A stretch of DNA of 64,000 nt, taken from NCBI GenBank assembly GCA_963677925.2, contig CAXXYH010000004.1:64001-128000 (forward strand), written 5' to 3'. The position numbers were made by a program, and so were the translations under genes. This document shows positions 37,664 through 47,429 of the stretch, piece by piece (position 1 is the first letter of the stretch; every line of letters starts with the position of its first letter). The notes beneath the pieces were generated by a model. That model saw nothing but the letters and a program-made list of their open reading frames with translations. It had not been told where the DNA came from and ran no database searches. Source of the stretch: Spirochaetia bacterium (lineage in GTDB: Bacteria; Spirochaetota; Spirochaetia; UBA9216).

Positions 37664-38977
37664 TTATTCCAGACCGTATTCTTTTATTTTATTAAAAAGA
37701 GTCTTTCTATCTATGCCGAGCTCTTCTGCGACCCGGGTTTTTCGCCCTTCCCACCTGGCAAGTGAATCAATAATTGCCAGACGTTCAATATCCTTCAGAG
37801 TACCCTGAGCCTTCCGCCTTGCCGGGGATGATGAAATACTGAAATCCTCGGGGGTAAGTTCAGTCCCGGCGGCAAGGATTACCGCCCTTTCGAGCATATT
37901 CTCAAGCTCCCTGATATTTCCCGGAAACCCGTAGGAATTTAACAGTTCAATAGCTCCTGAGGTCAGCCCTTCAATACTGCGTCCCATTTTCTGATTGATA
38001 TTCTCAAGAAACCCTGCACATAAAACAGGAATATCCTCTTTCCTTTCCCGTAATGGCGGCAGATGCACACGCACTACATTAAGCCGGTAAAAAAGGTCCT
38101 CACGAAACAGACCATCCTTTACAGATTTTTCAAGATCACGGTTCGTAGCTGCAATTATTCTTACATCAAGATTTATCTGCCTCACAGCCCCCAGCCTCTG
38201 AATCTTTCTTTCCTGTATTGCGCGAAGCAGTTTCACCTGCAGATGGAGAGGCATATCCCCAATTTCATCCAGAAAAAGTGTACCGCCCGATGCCGTTTCG
38301 AAGAGGCCGCTTTTCATTCTATCTGCACCGGTAAAAGCACCTTTTTCATAACCGAAAAGTTCACTCTCAAGAAGGCTTTCGGGAACACCTCCGACATTGA
38401 CTGCAACAAACTGCTGAGAGGATCGGCTGGAAAGGCTGTGTATGTATCTGGCAAAAACCTCTTTTCCTGTACCGCTCTCACCCGTAATAAGGATATTAGC
38501 CGGAGACGGTGCCGCCTTGTGAACAAGCTCCATTACCGGCTTCATGGCCGGACTTCCGCTTTTCAGATTAAATTTTACCGCCCCGGTACTCCGAAGATAT
38601 TCGACTTCCTTCTGAAGCTTACGCTTTTCGCCGGCCTTCCGGATTTTGAGAAGCAGTTCTTCGGTTTCAAAGGGTTTTACCAGATAATCTTCAGCTCCAA
38701 GCTTGATTGCAGCAACAGCATCGGAGACTTCCCCGAATGCCGATATCATCAGCACCGGAATCCCGGGGGTATTTTCCTTCATCCATTTAAGAACTTCCAG
38801 ACCATCCGCTCCCGGCATTTTTAAATCGAGGATCACTGTGTCGAAATCTTCATCTTCAAGCTGTCTGATTGCCGACAGTCCATTTTCTGCTACATCGACC
38901 TCAATATCTTCAAGTTCAAGGTATTCGGCAATTGATTCCCTGAGTCCTTTTTCATCATCAGCAACAAGAACCCTCAT
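37664..38977 (-). CDS. sigma54-dependent response regulator (NtrC/AtoC/ZraR family)
   Basis: Receiver LDLKMPG; GESGTGKE; [13 protein letters not shown]; FLDEIG; [11 protein letters not shown]; Fis-type HTH. Confidence 0.95.
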   Translation of the reverse strand: MRVLVADDEKGLRESIAEYLELEDIEVDVAENGLSAIRQLEDEDFDTVILDLKMPGADGLEVLKWMKENTPGIPVLMISAFGEVSDAVAAIKLGAEDYLVKPFETEELLLKIRKAGEKRKLQKEVEYLRSTGAVKFNLKSGSPAMKPVMELVHKAAPSPANILITGESGTGKEVFARYIHSLSSRSSQQFVAVNVGGVPESLLESELFGYEKGAFTGADRMKSGLFETASGGTLFLDEIGDMPLHLQVKLLRAIQERKIQRLGAVRQINLDVRIIAATNRDLEKSVKDGLFREDLFYRLNVVRVHLPPLRERKEDIPVLCAGFLENINQKMGRSIEGLTSGAIELLNSYGFPGNIRELENMLERAVILAAGTELTPEDFSISSSPARRKAQGTLKDIERLAIIDSLARWEGRKTRVAEELGIDRKTLFNKIKEYGLE

Positions 38978-40320
38978 CCTGTACTCCCCGGACCATGTCC
39001 AAGACGGAATTCCAGCCGCACGTATCCGCCGGCCTCATAATTACCAATCAAAACCCGCCCGCCGGAAGCTTCCATAAACTTTTTAACAACAGAAAGCCCC
39101 AACCCCATACCGCTTGTCTTGGTTGTAAAAAAAGGCTCAAAAACCATCGATAAATCATCAGAGGAAAATCCGGGTCCGCAATCTTTTATTTCAACAGCAA
39201 CCAGGTCGGCTGAAGGAAAAATATCAAGTTCGGCTGTTCCGCCGCTTTCTAGAGCATTGTTAATAACATTGTCAAAAACAGTTCTTAAACGTTCAGAATC
39301 GAAGCGGACATAGTATTCAGCAGATTTTATCCCATTGAGCTTTATGCCGTTCCTGTCACCGTATAAACCGTTCAAATAACTTCCAATATCAATATCAGCT
39401 CCTGTCCCTGCAGGATTTCTCAGAAAGTCACCGACTTTCTCCACCAAAGTGTTCAGCCGCTTCAGTTCACGATCTATTACATCCAGATTTCCCGAGTAGC
39501 CCTCACCCAGCTTCTTCACAAGCAGATCCCGCTGTATCTTCAGTACTCCAAGGGGATTTCTAATTTCATGAGCAAGAACTCTGGCAGCCTCACCAAGCTG
39601 AATGAGCTGCCGATCCTTTTCAGATTTAAGCTCCAGTTTTCTATTTCTAAGGTATAGCGAAATAATCAAAAGCACAGATACGGCAAAAACAGCAAGGGAC
39701 AAAGAGACAATAGCTATATTAAGATTACGCTGCTTTAAATAGGCACCGTTACGGTATTCGAGATACACTCCCGCACCTGCAGTTCTGAACTGTGAATTCA
39801 TCCCCATTTGAGGCATTCCACCGCCTTGCCGGCGAAACTCACGGGCACGTTCACTCATCGCAGGGGGCATCTGCTGCATCATTGAGCCCAAAGGCATGTT
39901 AGTCTGATCTCCAATCAGAGGTCTGATCACGGCAATACTTTCATTGCCATTGAACAGAACCCTCCCGCCCTGAAGATCAACATTTCTAAGCTCGGGTGCG
40001 GTTAGATAATCTTTGAGGTAGATATCAGCATGCCGGTTCAGATCTGTAAAATCCTGAGGCGCAGTTCCATAATGATAGAGCAGCTTTCCGTCAATTCCAT
40101 ATAATCCAAAACCGATGATATCACTGTCGATCTCATCCGGACTGGGCATATCTTCCTGAAAATATAAATCAATCAGCAGGTTTATTGTTCTTGAGGCCCG
40201 GTACTCGAGCATAATAGCATTACTGTTCTGTTTCTGATCTATAAGAAGAAATATAAGAACAGTAAAAAGCAGGATAAGTGCGGTAAAAGGTATGGCAATA
40301 AGACCCTTTCGGTTCATCAT
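38974..40320 (-). CDS. Sensor histidine kinase with a Met/Gly-rich periplasmic segment
   Basis: 2 TM helices; LAHEIRNPL, NVINNALES, DCGPG, FFTTKTSGMGLGL. Confidence 0.92.
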   Translation of the reverse strand: MMNRKGLIAIPFTALILLFTVLIFLLIDQKQNSNAIMLEYRASRTINLLIDLYFQEDMPSPDEIDSDIIGFGLYGIDGKLLYHYGTAPQDFTDLNRHADIYLKDYLTAPELRNVDLQGGRVLFNGNESIAVIRPLIGDQTNMPLGSMMQQMPPAMSERAREFRRQGGGMPQMGMNSQFRTAGAGVYLEYRNGAYLKQRNLNIAIVSLSLAVFAVSVLLIISLYLRNRKLELKSEKDRQLIQLGEAARVLAHEIRNPLGVLKIQRDLLVKKLGEGYSGNLDVIDRELKRLNTLVEKVGDFLRNPAGTGADIDIGSYLNGLYGDRNGIKLNGIKSAEYYVRFDSERLRTVFDNVINNALESGGTAELDIFPSADLVAVEIKDCGPGFSSDDLSMVFEPFFTTKTSGMGLGLSVVKKFMEASGGRVLIGNYEAGGYVRLEFRLGHGPGSTG

Positions 40321-40397
40321 TATTATCACAATACTATAAAGGATAAAAGAAAGCCAGCAATTCTAATTGCCGGCTTTCTTCAGATTTTCCTATTTTA

Positions 40398-41000
40398 TCA
40401 GTAGACAGGGCAGAAATCAGAATTCATGTACGGTCTGTTATATGAACCGCTGTTGTTTCTTGAGAAACCGCCTCTGGAACTGGTCCCGCCGCGCATATTT
40501 CCAAACCTGGAATCATCTGAAAAGTTTCTTCCCTGCATCATTGTTCCGAATCCATCTTCAACCCACGGCAGCATATAAAGCTGACCGTCTATCTCCACTG
40601 ATTCAACCAGAAGTATAATGTCGTTGTCCAATGCTTCCGGGTTAGAAAAATTCATCATTCCGGGACCCCTGCCGCGCGGGCCGTAAAAGGAATCGTTATC
40701 ATCAACAATATAACCATTTACAGTTACCTTCTGACCTTCAGTAAGATAGGCTGCAAGCATATTTGCACCGGGTGCGGTAAGAGCATATTCCTTTCCGCCG
40801 GCAGACAGTTCAGGTACCACACTCTCAAATTTTATTGAACCCTTAACAGAAACTTTCTCATAGTCGTCCAACACACTGTTTCTGGCGACATCCCTGGGAT
40901 CGAGTCTGACAATTCCATCTTCATCAGCCTCCTGTGCTCCGCTTGCAAAAACACCTGCAGCCGCACTTAACATAATTAAAACCACTAATGCCTTTTTCAT
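40398..41000 (-). CDS. Exported hypothetical protein with Gly/Met/Arg-rich segments
   Basis: Spirochaete-type signal MKKALVVLIMLSAAAGVFA-SGAQE; YGPRGRGPGMM; AAGGAG SD. Confidence 0.75.
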   Translation of the reverse strand: MKKALVVLIMLSAAAGVFASGAQEADEDGIVRLDPRDVARNSVLDDYEKVSVKGSIKFESVVPELSAGGKEYALTAPGANMLAAYLTEGQKVTVNGYIVDDNDSFYGPRGRGPGMMNFSNPEALDNDIILLVESVEIDGQLYMLPWVEDGFGTMMQGRNFSDDSRFGNMRGGTSSRGGFSRNNSGSYNRPYMNSDFCPVY

Positions 41001-41034
41001 AGCATACTCCTTTAAACTTGGTTATATGCATTAA

Positions 41035-41051
41035 AGCTATTAGCGTGCCAA
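41035..41051 (-). promoter_or_regulatory. sigma54 (-24/-12) promoter
   Basis: Minus strand TTGGCACGCTAATAGCT, close to the TGGCACG-N4-TTGCW consensus, about 35 bp upstream of ATG 41000. Confidence 0.8.
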
Positions 41052-41170
41052 GAAAGTAATTTCATATACTGTTTAATTAAATGATTTCCTTAGAAACATG
41101 GAGTTTTTGCTCTAAAACACCTTAATTTCATGAGGTTTGATAACGATTTTCTGAAACTGAAGCTTAGACA

Positions 41171-41215
41171 CGGGGAAAATTTCCCCGCTGCAGTTTTTCG
41201 GGGAGTTTTTCCCCG
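41171..41215. promoter_or_regulatory. Two palindromic enhancer (UAS) sites for the sigma54 activator
   Basis: CGGGGAAAATTTCCCCG (41171-41187) and CGGGGAGTTTTTCCCCG (41199-41215), about 120-165 bp upstream of the sigma54 promoter. Confidence 0.65.
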
Positions 41216-41220
41216 CCGGA

Positions 41221-42201
41221 TTATTTTGTTTCAGGTGCTTTTTCAAGCCTTCCCAGAGCAGCAGCGGCAGCCCGGGTTTTCCTGTGTTCTACTCCTAATA
41301 TCTTTTCATACCCGGAAACAAGCTCCTGCAGCAGCGGCAGAGCCTTCCCATCATCTCCGGTTTTCTCATACAGCCTGCTGAGGTTTTCTACAACTGAAAG
41401 ATATTCGAACTGCTCCCTGCCATAATGTCGGCGGCAGATATCAGCAGCCTCTAAGTAGCACGCTTCCGCTTTTTTAAATTCATTTATTTCAAAATAAAGG
41501 GCGGCATAAGTATTTAGACCTGCGGCATAAAGGGGGTGCTCCGCTCCAAGAACATTACGGTAGCACTGGAGGGCTTCTACAACAGAGGCTTCAGCCTCTT
41601 CAAGTCTGTTCAGCTGCCTATATACGCCGGATAGGTTGTTAAGACTAGTTGCATACGCAATTCTGTGTTCCTCATGCCTCCTGATTATTTCAAGAGCTTC
41701 CTCATGCAGAAGCACAGCCTCATCAAAACGTTTCATATCCTGGTACAGGAGGCCAAGATTATTAAGGCTGCTGGCATACAGATAATGATCCCGGCCTATT
41801 GTTTTCTCATACAGGCTTATAGTCTGCCGGAAAAGATCTTCAGCCTCATCATGCTTCCCCATGAGCCGGTACAGCCCGGCAGTGTTATTTATTATAGTGG
41901 CATATTCCGGATTGTTTTCACCCGCGCAGCTTTTCAAAGCCTCTCCGGCCTCTGAAAAACAGTATTCGGCCCGGCTGTAATCACTTAATTCCCGGTACAG
42001 GGCTCCAAGTTCGCTCAAAATAGCGGCATAGCCCTCATTCTTACCATACTTCTGCTCAAAATCCTCGGCACTTTTCTGCAGAAGTGGTTCAGCATCACAG
42101 CTCCTGCCGTTTTTATAAAACAGATCAACTTTATTCATTATTTCCTGCAAATCTTCACGCATCATAAACTGATTATGCCCTGCTGAAGCCTGTATTTCCA
42201 C
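41221..42201 (-). CDS. Tetratricopeptide repeat protein (42-aa TPR_10/12-like repeats); start uncertain
   Basis: Repeats YA..LNNL..LY......EA..L...AL. Confidence 0.85.
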   Translation of the reverse strand: MEIQASAGHNQFMMREDLQEIMNKVDLFYKNGRSCDAEPLLQKSAEDFEQKYGKNEGYAAILSELGALYRELSDYSRAEYCFSEAGEALKSCAGENNPEYATIINNTAGLYRLMGKHDEAEDLFRQTISLYEKTIGRDHYLYASSLNNLGLLYQDMKRFDEAVLLHEEALEIIRRHEEHRIAYATSLNNLSGVYRQLNRLEEAEASVVEALQCYRNVLGAEHPLYAAGLNTYAALYFEINEFKKAEACYLEAADICRRHYGREQFEYLSVVENLSRLYEKTGDDGKALPLLQELVSGYEKILGVEHRKTRAAAAALGRLEKAPETK

Positions 42202-42211
42202 CGGTTTTTTG

Positions 42212-42253
42212 AAAAAAGGGTAAGCGGAAGCCCGGTTATTCCAGGCTTCCGCT
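42212..42253 (-). terminator. Probable terminator after ssb
   Basis: AGCGGAAGCC / GGCTTCCGCT stem with a nearby U-rich tract on the minus strand. Confidence 0.55.
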
Positions 42254-42271
42254 GCATTCCATGTAAATATT

Positions 42272-42712
42272 TTAGATCACCGAATCAGCAACAGGATCCA
42301 GCTCCGGCGTCACAACATTAGCAACAGCCTCCTGGGATAGATCAACCTGCTCGGCCTCCTGTCTAGCCTGAGCCTCTTCTTTCGAGAATACAGGCTTAAA
42401 TTCCACATGTTCCGCAACAATCTTCAGTCTGGATTTAAACACTCCCTCCTTATCATTCCATCTGTCCTGTTTCAGACGACCGACAACTCTGGCCCCCTGC
42501 CCCTTTTGAAGTCCGTTCTCACAAACAACCCCCAGTCTGGACCAGGCTTCCACATCAATAAAGGAAACCTCTTTCTGATATTCCTCATCCTGCTTAAAGT
42601 ACCTGTTGGTTGCAATTGTGAAATTACATATTTTAGTCTCCTTAGGGGTTTCATTTAAAACCGGATCTCTGACCAGGTTTCCCTCAACTAATACTGAATT
42701 AAGACTGTTCAT
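42272..42712 (-). CDS. ssb: Single-stranded DNA-binding protein (probably a secondary paralog)
   Basis: MNSLNSVLVEGNLVRDP, FTIATNR, SFIDVEAW, VVGRLKQDRW; start moved to ATG 42712 after AGGAG. Confidence 0.9.
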   Translation of the reverse strand: MNSLNSVLVEGNLVRDPVLNETPKETKICNFTIATNRYFKQDEEYQKEVSFIDVEAWSRLGVVCENGLQKGQGARVVGRLKQDRWNDKEGVFKSRLKIVAEHVEFKPVFSKEEAQARQEAEQVDLSQEAVANVVTPELDPVADSVI

Positions 42713-42854
42713 TTTTCTCCTCGATAATTTTGATATAAAGCACCGGAACTTGACTGATATAAACTGAATTATCTTCATCATGATTCAAATTAATAATTGC
42801 CGTGCTTGATTGTTGCATCCGATCGGATTATTATGGAATTTCACGGAGGAGCAT

Positions 42855-43949
42855 ATGGCTAAAGGTTTTACACTCGAGACTTATCCATGGGTCTACATTG
42901 CCAAGTACAATGAAAATAATGAATGGACTGAAGAATTCATCGAAAATCCGCATCTTACTCCTGCTGAAGAAGCTGCTCTTTCTACCGATGATTTTTCTGA
43001 ACTGCTTGCAAAGAGAAACTCGTTTCCCCAGCTTCCGCTGGTAAACTATACATCACAGTACGGACTGGGCTGCTTTGAAGGTCTTAAAGCCTTTCCTCAG
43101 AAGGACGGCAACCTGAAACTTTTCAGACCTGATGAAAATGCGTCACGAATGTATTCTTCGATGGAAGGACTGATGATGCCTCCATTTCCGGCGGATATGT
43201 TTGTCGAAGCCTGCAAGAAGGTAGTTAAACTTAATAAGGACAGCGGATTCTATCCTGAATACGACGCTGAGTGGGAAAAAGACAACTATATTACCGGTCA
43301 TTCTATTTACCTGAGACCCTTCACATATTCCGAACCGGCAATCGGCCTGAACATATCATCCCATCCCTGGGTTGTTATTGTGGCAACCCCTGTCGGAGCT
43401 TACTTTGCTCCGGGAAACTCAAAGGCACTGGTAACCGACAAGTTCAGGGCAACCCCTAACGGAACAGGCTGGATCAAATGTAATGCAAATTATGTTATTC
43501 CCATCCTGGCTAAAAAAGAAGCTGTTAAAGCAGGTTACATGGAAGCAGTCTTCCTCGACTCTATCGAACAGAAATATGTTGAAGAAGGATCTTCATGTAA
43601 TATTTTCTTTAAACTTAAAAACGGCAGTCTTGTTACCCCCGAACTGGGAGATACAATTCTTCCGGGCATCAACCGTAAAACTGTCATCACTCTTGCAAAA
43701 GAGATGGGCATTACGGTTGAAGAAAGAAAAATAGCAATAGATGAAGTTCTCAGCGATGCAGTAGAGTCCTTTGTTACAGGAACTGCGGCTGGCGTTTCAT
43801 TCCTTGAATCAATTACCTACAATGGAAAAACTGCTGTTTTCAATAACGGGGAACAGGGTGAACTCACGACCACCCTTCTTAAGACCCTGAAGAGTATCCA
43901 GTACGGAGCAGCTGAAGATAAACATGAATGGATGTCTGATTCAATCTGA
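42855..43949 (+). CDS. ilvE: Branched-chain amino acid aminotransferase (PLP class IV)
   Basis: QYGLGCFEGLKA, LFRPDENA, IYLRP, IKCNANY, EEGSSCNIF, ILPGINR, TGTAA; start at 42855 after GGAGG. Confidence 0.92.
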   Translation: MAKGFTLETYPWVYIAKYNENNEWTEEFIENPHLTPAEEAALSTDDFSELLAKRNSFPQLPLVNYTSQYGLGCFEGLKAFPQKDGNLKLFRPDENASRMYSSMEGLMMPPFPADMFVEACKKVVKLNKDSGFYPEYDAEWEKDNYITGHSIYLRPFTYSEPAIGLNISSHPWVVIVATPVGAYFAPGNSKALVTDKFRATPNGTGWIKCNANYVIPILAKKEAVKAGYMEAVFLDSIEQKYVEEGSSCNIFFKLKNGSLVTPELGDTILPGINRKTVITLAKEMGITVEERKIAIDEVLSDAVESFVTGTAAGVSFLESITYNGKTAVFNNGEQGELTTTLLKTLKSIQYGAAEDKHEWMSDSI

Positions 43950-43972
43950 TTAAAGCAAGCATCTTATATAGC

Positions 43973-44009
43973 AAGGCTGACCTGTGAACTAACCGGTCAG
44001 CCTTTTTTT
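43973..44009 (+). terminator. Rho-independent terminator after ilvE
   Basis: AAGGCTGACC / GGTCAGCCTT stem followed by a T-run. Confidence 0.85.
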
Positions 44010-44010
44010 G

Positions 44011-47000
44011 TCAGAAATTGAGCTTTGTCATATCCCGCGGAATACTTCCGTAAATCTGCAGTCTGTAATCATCTACCGGGTAGAATACCGCCTTTGAGTT
44101 CAGGTAGGAAAGGTTAACAGTATTCGGCTTCTCGAGTGAGTTCGGATCTCTGGCAAGTAGATCATAATACTCGGTGGATTCTGTCAGAAGAACCATAGAT
44201 TCTGCATTTTTCTTCGGGTCTCTGGTTTTCTCGTAAAGCCGGTACTTTGTAACTCCCAGATTATTGCTTACCTTCATCAGGTTCTCTACCAGTGCCCGGT
44301 GTTCAGGGATTTCATCGATAAGCAGATAGGAAATAGCAGAATATTCCTTGTTCAGAATATCAAGCAGATGCATGTACATCCCTTCTGCAAGGTAGAAATC
44401 GTTCCGGTTAAAAAGTGTATTTGCAGTCGAGTACATTAAGTCTTTATCAACAGAAAAACCTTCCGCTGTATCATAAAACTCTATGAGGGCTTTACGGTAA
44501 TCCTCATTATAGTAATATACATAGCCCTTCTTGTATTTCAAATCGCGGTTGGTAAACAGGTTGTCCTCGGCTTCCTGAAAGAATTTAAGGGCTGAATCAA
44601 AATCACCGCTTATGTAATAGGCAAGATCTCCCAGGTTACTATAAATGCTGCCGTACTTGGCTTCAGGTTTCAGCTGATCCCTGGCAAGTGCATCCTCGTA
44701 ATTTGTCAGGGCCTTCTGAAAATATTCTTCGGCATCAAGATACATTTCTCTATCATACAAAACAGTGCCGTAGCGGTTATATGAATCAACAAGCATTCCT
44801 GTTCTGGTAGATGTAAGAGGCGATGTATGCTCAAAAAGCCATATTGCTGCACTGAGCGCCTTATCCTCTTCATCAGGAATATCAAGTATTTCAAAATATC
44901 GGGCCAGATTATAATGAATTTCAGGAATGCTTTCATCAAGCCTTCTGGCAGTAAACAGGATATCACGAACATCACCCAGCTGTCCCTTGTCTATAAAATA
45001 TCCTGCGAGTTCTGCATATATCGAAGGTTCAATCTTGGCTTTAGGATTATCCTTGAAAGCATTGTACAGAACCATAGCTTCCTGATAATTATCTGTCCGT
45101 ATAAAATACCTGAGCATCCGGAAAAGCAGGACATCTCTGTGTCCGTACTGTTCAAGAAGCTTGGCATAGTGAAATCGGGCTTCATCATAAAGTGCCGGAT
45201 TCAGCTCCTGTGCCCATTCCATATAGGTATCACCCAGCATCAGCCTCGCATCATAATCAAAAAGATCATCCGCAAGAAGCTGCTTCAGCAGAGCTTCTGC
45301 TTCCGGGTACTTCCCGAGGATTCTGAACTCCAAATCCGCATAATCGAGCCTTCCCTGCCTTTCATCAGGATACCAGGCAAGAAGTGATTCATATTTTTCT
45401 TCAGCAAGCAGATACTGCTTCTGGTTTACAAATTCTTCAGCATATTTAAAAAACCAGCTTTTCTTCTTCCATTCATTAAATCCGCGGTTAAAATAATTAT
45501 TGGCCTGCATATAGTTTCCGGCCTGGATTTCCTCATAACCGGTTTTATACAGCGATTCTGCATGCAGCGGAGTATATAGAAATTTGAAACCTAAAAATAG
45601 AATCAGACCAAGTGCTGCAGCGGCAAGCATAGCCGTTCTGAACATTGGAATAAAGTTTCTCTTAAATGCATAGAGAAAGGTTCCCCGCTCAGATTCAAAA
45701 TCCTCAGCAGTTTTTCTTTCATATTGTGTCGGTATCTGGACTTTTTTTCCGGTAATCTTTGAAACAATTGAGCCGAGTTCTTTTGGAGTTGCCCCTGAGG
45801 TAAGCCCTCTGAGCAGTTTATCAAGGTTTTCTCCTGCAAGCCGCTTCTCTCCAATCAATTCCTCTATAATTATCTTGAGGTTTCTGGGGAGGGTTATGAG
45901 GGTCTTTTTAATCTGCTCAAACTCATCATCAGGAACGGCATAGTTGTCATCGCCTGACAAATCCTGATACCCGGCTGCGGATTCATCCTGATCTTCCATT
46001 GGAATATTTTCCAGCACGCCGTAATCGGTGTCTTCACCGTCATCAAGACCGAATTCTCCGCCTAGATCACCAAGGCTGAACTCCGAAGCCTCAATATCAT
46101 CGTCATCGATTTCACCCATGCTGAAATCTTCCAGACTGAACTCATCGGAAGAATCTTCTTCGGTGTCTATACTGAACTCTGTTTCACCGGAATCTGTTTC
46201 TTCTCCAAAAGAATCGTCAAAAGATTCGGCACCGAAGCTGTCATCTTCCATATTAAAATCCGGCGGCCCGGGCTCTTCATCTTCAAATGTAAAATCTGTA
46301 TCGTCAAAAGAAAGAGAATCTTCTTCCCCGGAAAAATCATCAGGCATTGAAAAGTCTGTATCAAAATCAGACACAGGTTCCTCTTCATCTGCAAAATCCT
46401 CAATACCGCCTTCGTCAGCACTGATTTCCTCATCATCAAAGCTCATATCGAAGTCGATTTCCGAACCATCGGCCTCTGCTGAGGGTTCATCACTTAAATC
46501 ATCAAAATCAGTTATGTCAGCATCAGCAGTATCAAAATTAGGCTCATCCAGAAAATCAGCAAGAAGATCATCCTCAGACTCTGAAGCCTCTGAAGAATCA
46601 TCAGTACCCGGAGTATCGAAATCGCCCATGGATTCCTCAAAGTCAGCCTGTAAATCCTCCTCAGGCTCCCCGCCTAAGTCCTCTTCCAGACCATCCGTCA
46701 GACCTTCGGGAATCCCGAAATCATCCATTGCGTCATCAAAGTCGGCGAATATATCAGCTTCATCGTCAGCGGGAATCTCAGCCCCGGTATCAGCATCAGC
46801 TGCGGTATCAAAATCTATATCAAATTCATCCGCTTCAGCAGCGAAAGGCTCTTCAATATTCTCTTTAGAGATATCTTCTTCCGGTTCAGGTTCAAGATCC
46901 AGATCGAAACCGAAGGTATCATCTTCAGATTCAGCTCCACTCTCATCAAGAGCTTCATCAAGCCCGTCCAGAAGACCTTCAGGAATCCCGAAGTCATCGG

Positions 47001-47319
47001 AAAAATCTTCAGAATCAACAACTTCCTCAAAACCTTCAGGAGCCTCCTGAATTTCTTCATCAGCGCCCTGAATAAGAGTTTCCTCCGGTTCGGCAGGGGG
47101 TTCGGTAAGTTCATCGCCGAACATCTGCTCAAGGATATCATCACCGCCGTCATCAGATAAGGACGTATCATCAAAAAGATCACTCAGATCATCAGCAGAT
47201 GAAGCTTCAGGCGGAGTAATTTCGGGCATAGTTTCACCCTTTTCCGCGCGAATTTGAGGTTCATTTCCGAGTCTTGCAAATTCATTTTTAAATTCTTCTA
47301 TATCCTGAAGTTCGGGCAT
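44011..47319 (-). CDS. flcA: Periplasmic-type flagellar collar protein FlcA (acidic cytoplasmic region, one TM helix, periplasmic TPRs)
   Basis: MPELQDIEEFK...LGNEP N-terminus; long D/E/F-rich region; LPRNLKIIIEELI; IPTQYERKTAEDFE; TM; TPR array with SNNLGV. Confidence 0.8.
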   Translation of the reverse strand: MPELQDIEEFKNEFARLGNEPQIRAEKGETMPEITPPEASSADDLSDLFDDTSLSDDGGDDILEQMFGDELTEPPAEPEETLIQGADEEIQEAPEGFEEVVDSEDFSDDFGIPEGLLDGLDEALDESGAESEDDTFGFDLDLEPEPEEDISKENIEEPFAAEADEFDIDFDTAADADTGAEIPADDEADIFADFDDAMDDFGIPEGLTDGLEEDLGGEPEEDLQADFEESMGDFDTPGTDDSSEASESEDDLLADFLDEPNFDTADADITDFDDLSDEPSAEADGSEIDFDMSFDDEEISADEGGIEDFADEEEPVSDFDTDFSMPDDFSGEEDSLSFDDTDFTFEDEEPGPPDFNMEDDSFGAESFDDSFGEETDSGETEFSIDTEEDSSDEFSLEDFSMGEIDDDDIEASEFSLGDLGGEFGLDDGEDTDYGVLENIPMEDQDESAAGYQDLSGDDNYAVPDDEFEQIKKTLITLPRNLKIIIEELIGEKRLAGENLDKLLRGLTSGATPKELGSIVSKITGKKVQIPTQYERKTAEDFESERGTFLYAFKRNFIPMFRTAMLAAAALGLILFLGFKFLYTPLHAESLYKTGYEEIQAGNYMQANNYFNRGFNEWKKKSWFFKYAEEFVNQKQYLLAEEKYESLLAWYPDERQGRLDYADLEFRILGKYPEAEALLKQLLADDLFDYDARLMLGDTYMEWAQELNPALYDEARFHYAKLLEQYGHRDVLLFRMLRYFIRTDNYQEAMVLYNAFKDNPKAKIEPSIYAELAGYFIDKGQLGDVRDILFTARRLDESIPEIHYNLARYFEILDIPDEEDKALSAAIWLFEHTSPLTSTRTGMLVDSYNRYGTVLYDREMYLDAEEYFQKALTNYEDALARDQLKPEAKYGSIYSNLGDLAYYISGDFDSALKFFQEAEDNLFTNRDLKYKKGYVYYYNEDYRKALIEFYDTAEGFSVDKDLMYSTANTLFNRNDFYLAEGMYMHLLDILNKEYSAISYLLIDEIPEHRALVENLMKVSNNLGVTKYRLYEKTRDPKKNAESMVLLTESTEYYDLLARDPNSLEKPNTVNLSYLNSKAVFYPVDDYRLQIYGSIPRDMTKLNF

Positions 47320-47429
47320 ACTTGAATTTCGGTAAATTACCAGCTGCTTGTTAGGTTTTTATATCCTTATGGATATTTAAAATTATATCTCAAGAGGGAA
47401 CAATCTGTCACCGAAAAATAAAACAGTAT

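Noticed and set aside
38063-38824. 253-aa ORF antisense to the sigma54 response regulator
   Set aside because: Fully inside a well-conserved gene on the opposite strand, with no motif or SD; a typical shadow ORF.
41171-41215. Two similar 17-bp palindromes considered as a CRISPR remnant or REP/MITE
   Set aside because: Only two copies with an 11-bp gap and no cas genes. Their position fits sigma54 enhancer sites better.
41221-42201. TPR protein as part of a defence or toxin system
   Set aside because: Only TPR repeats, with no NTPase, nuclease, TIR or CHAT domain and no partner genes nearby.
46028-47050. 340-aa Ser-rich ORF on the + strand
   Set aside because: Antisense shadow of the Asp/Glu-rich flcA tract. 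GAx codons read as Ser on the opposite strand and stops are depleted.
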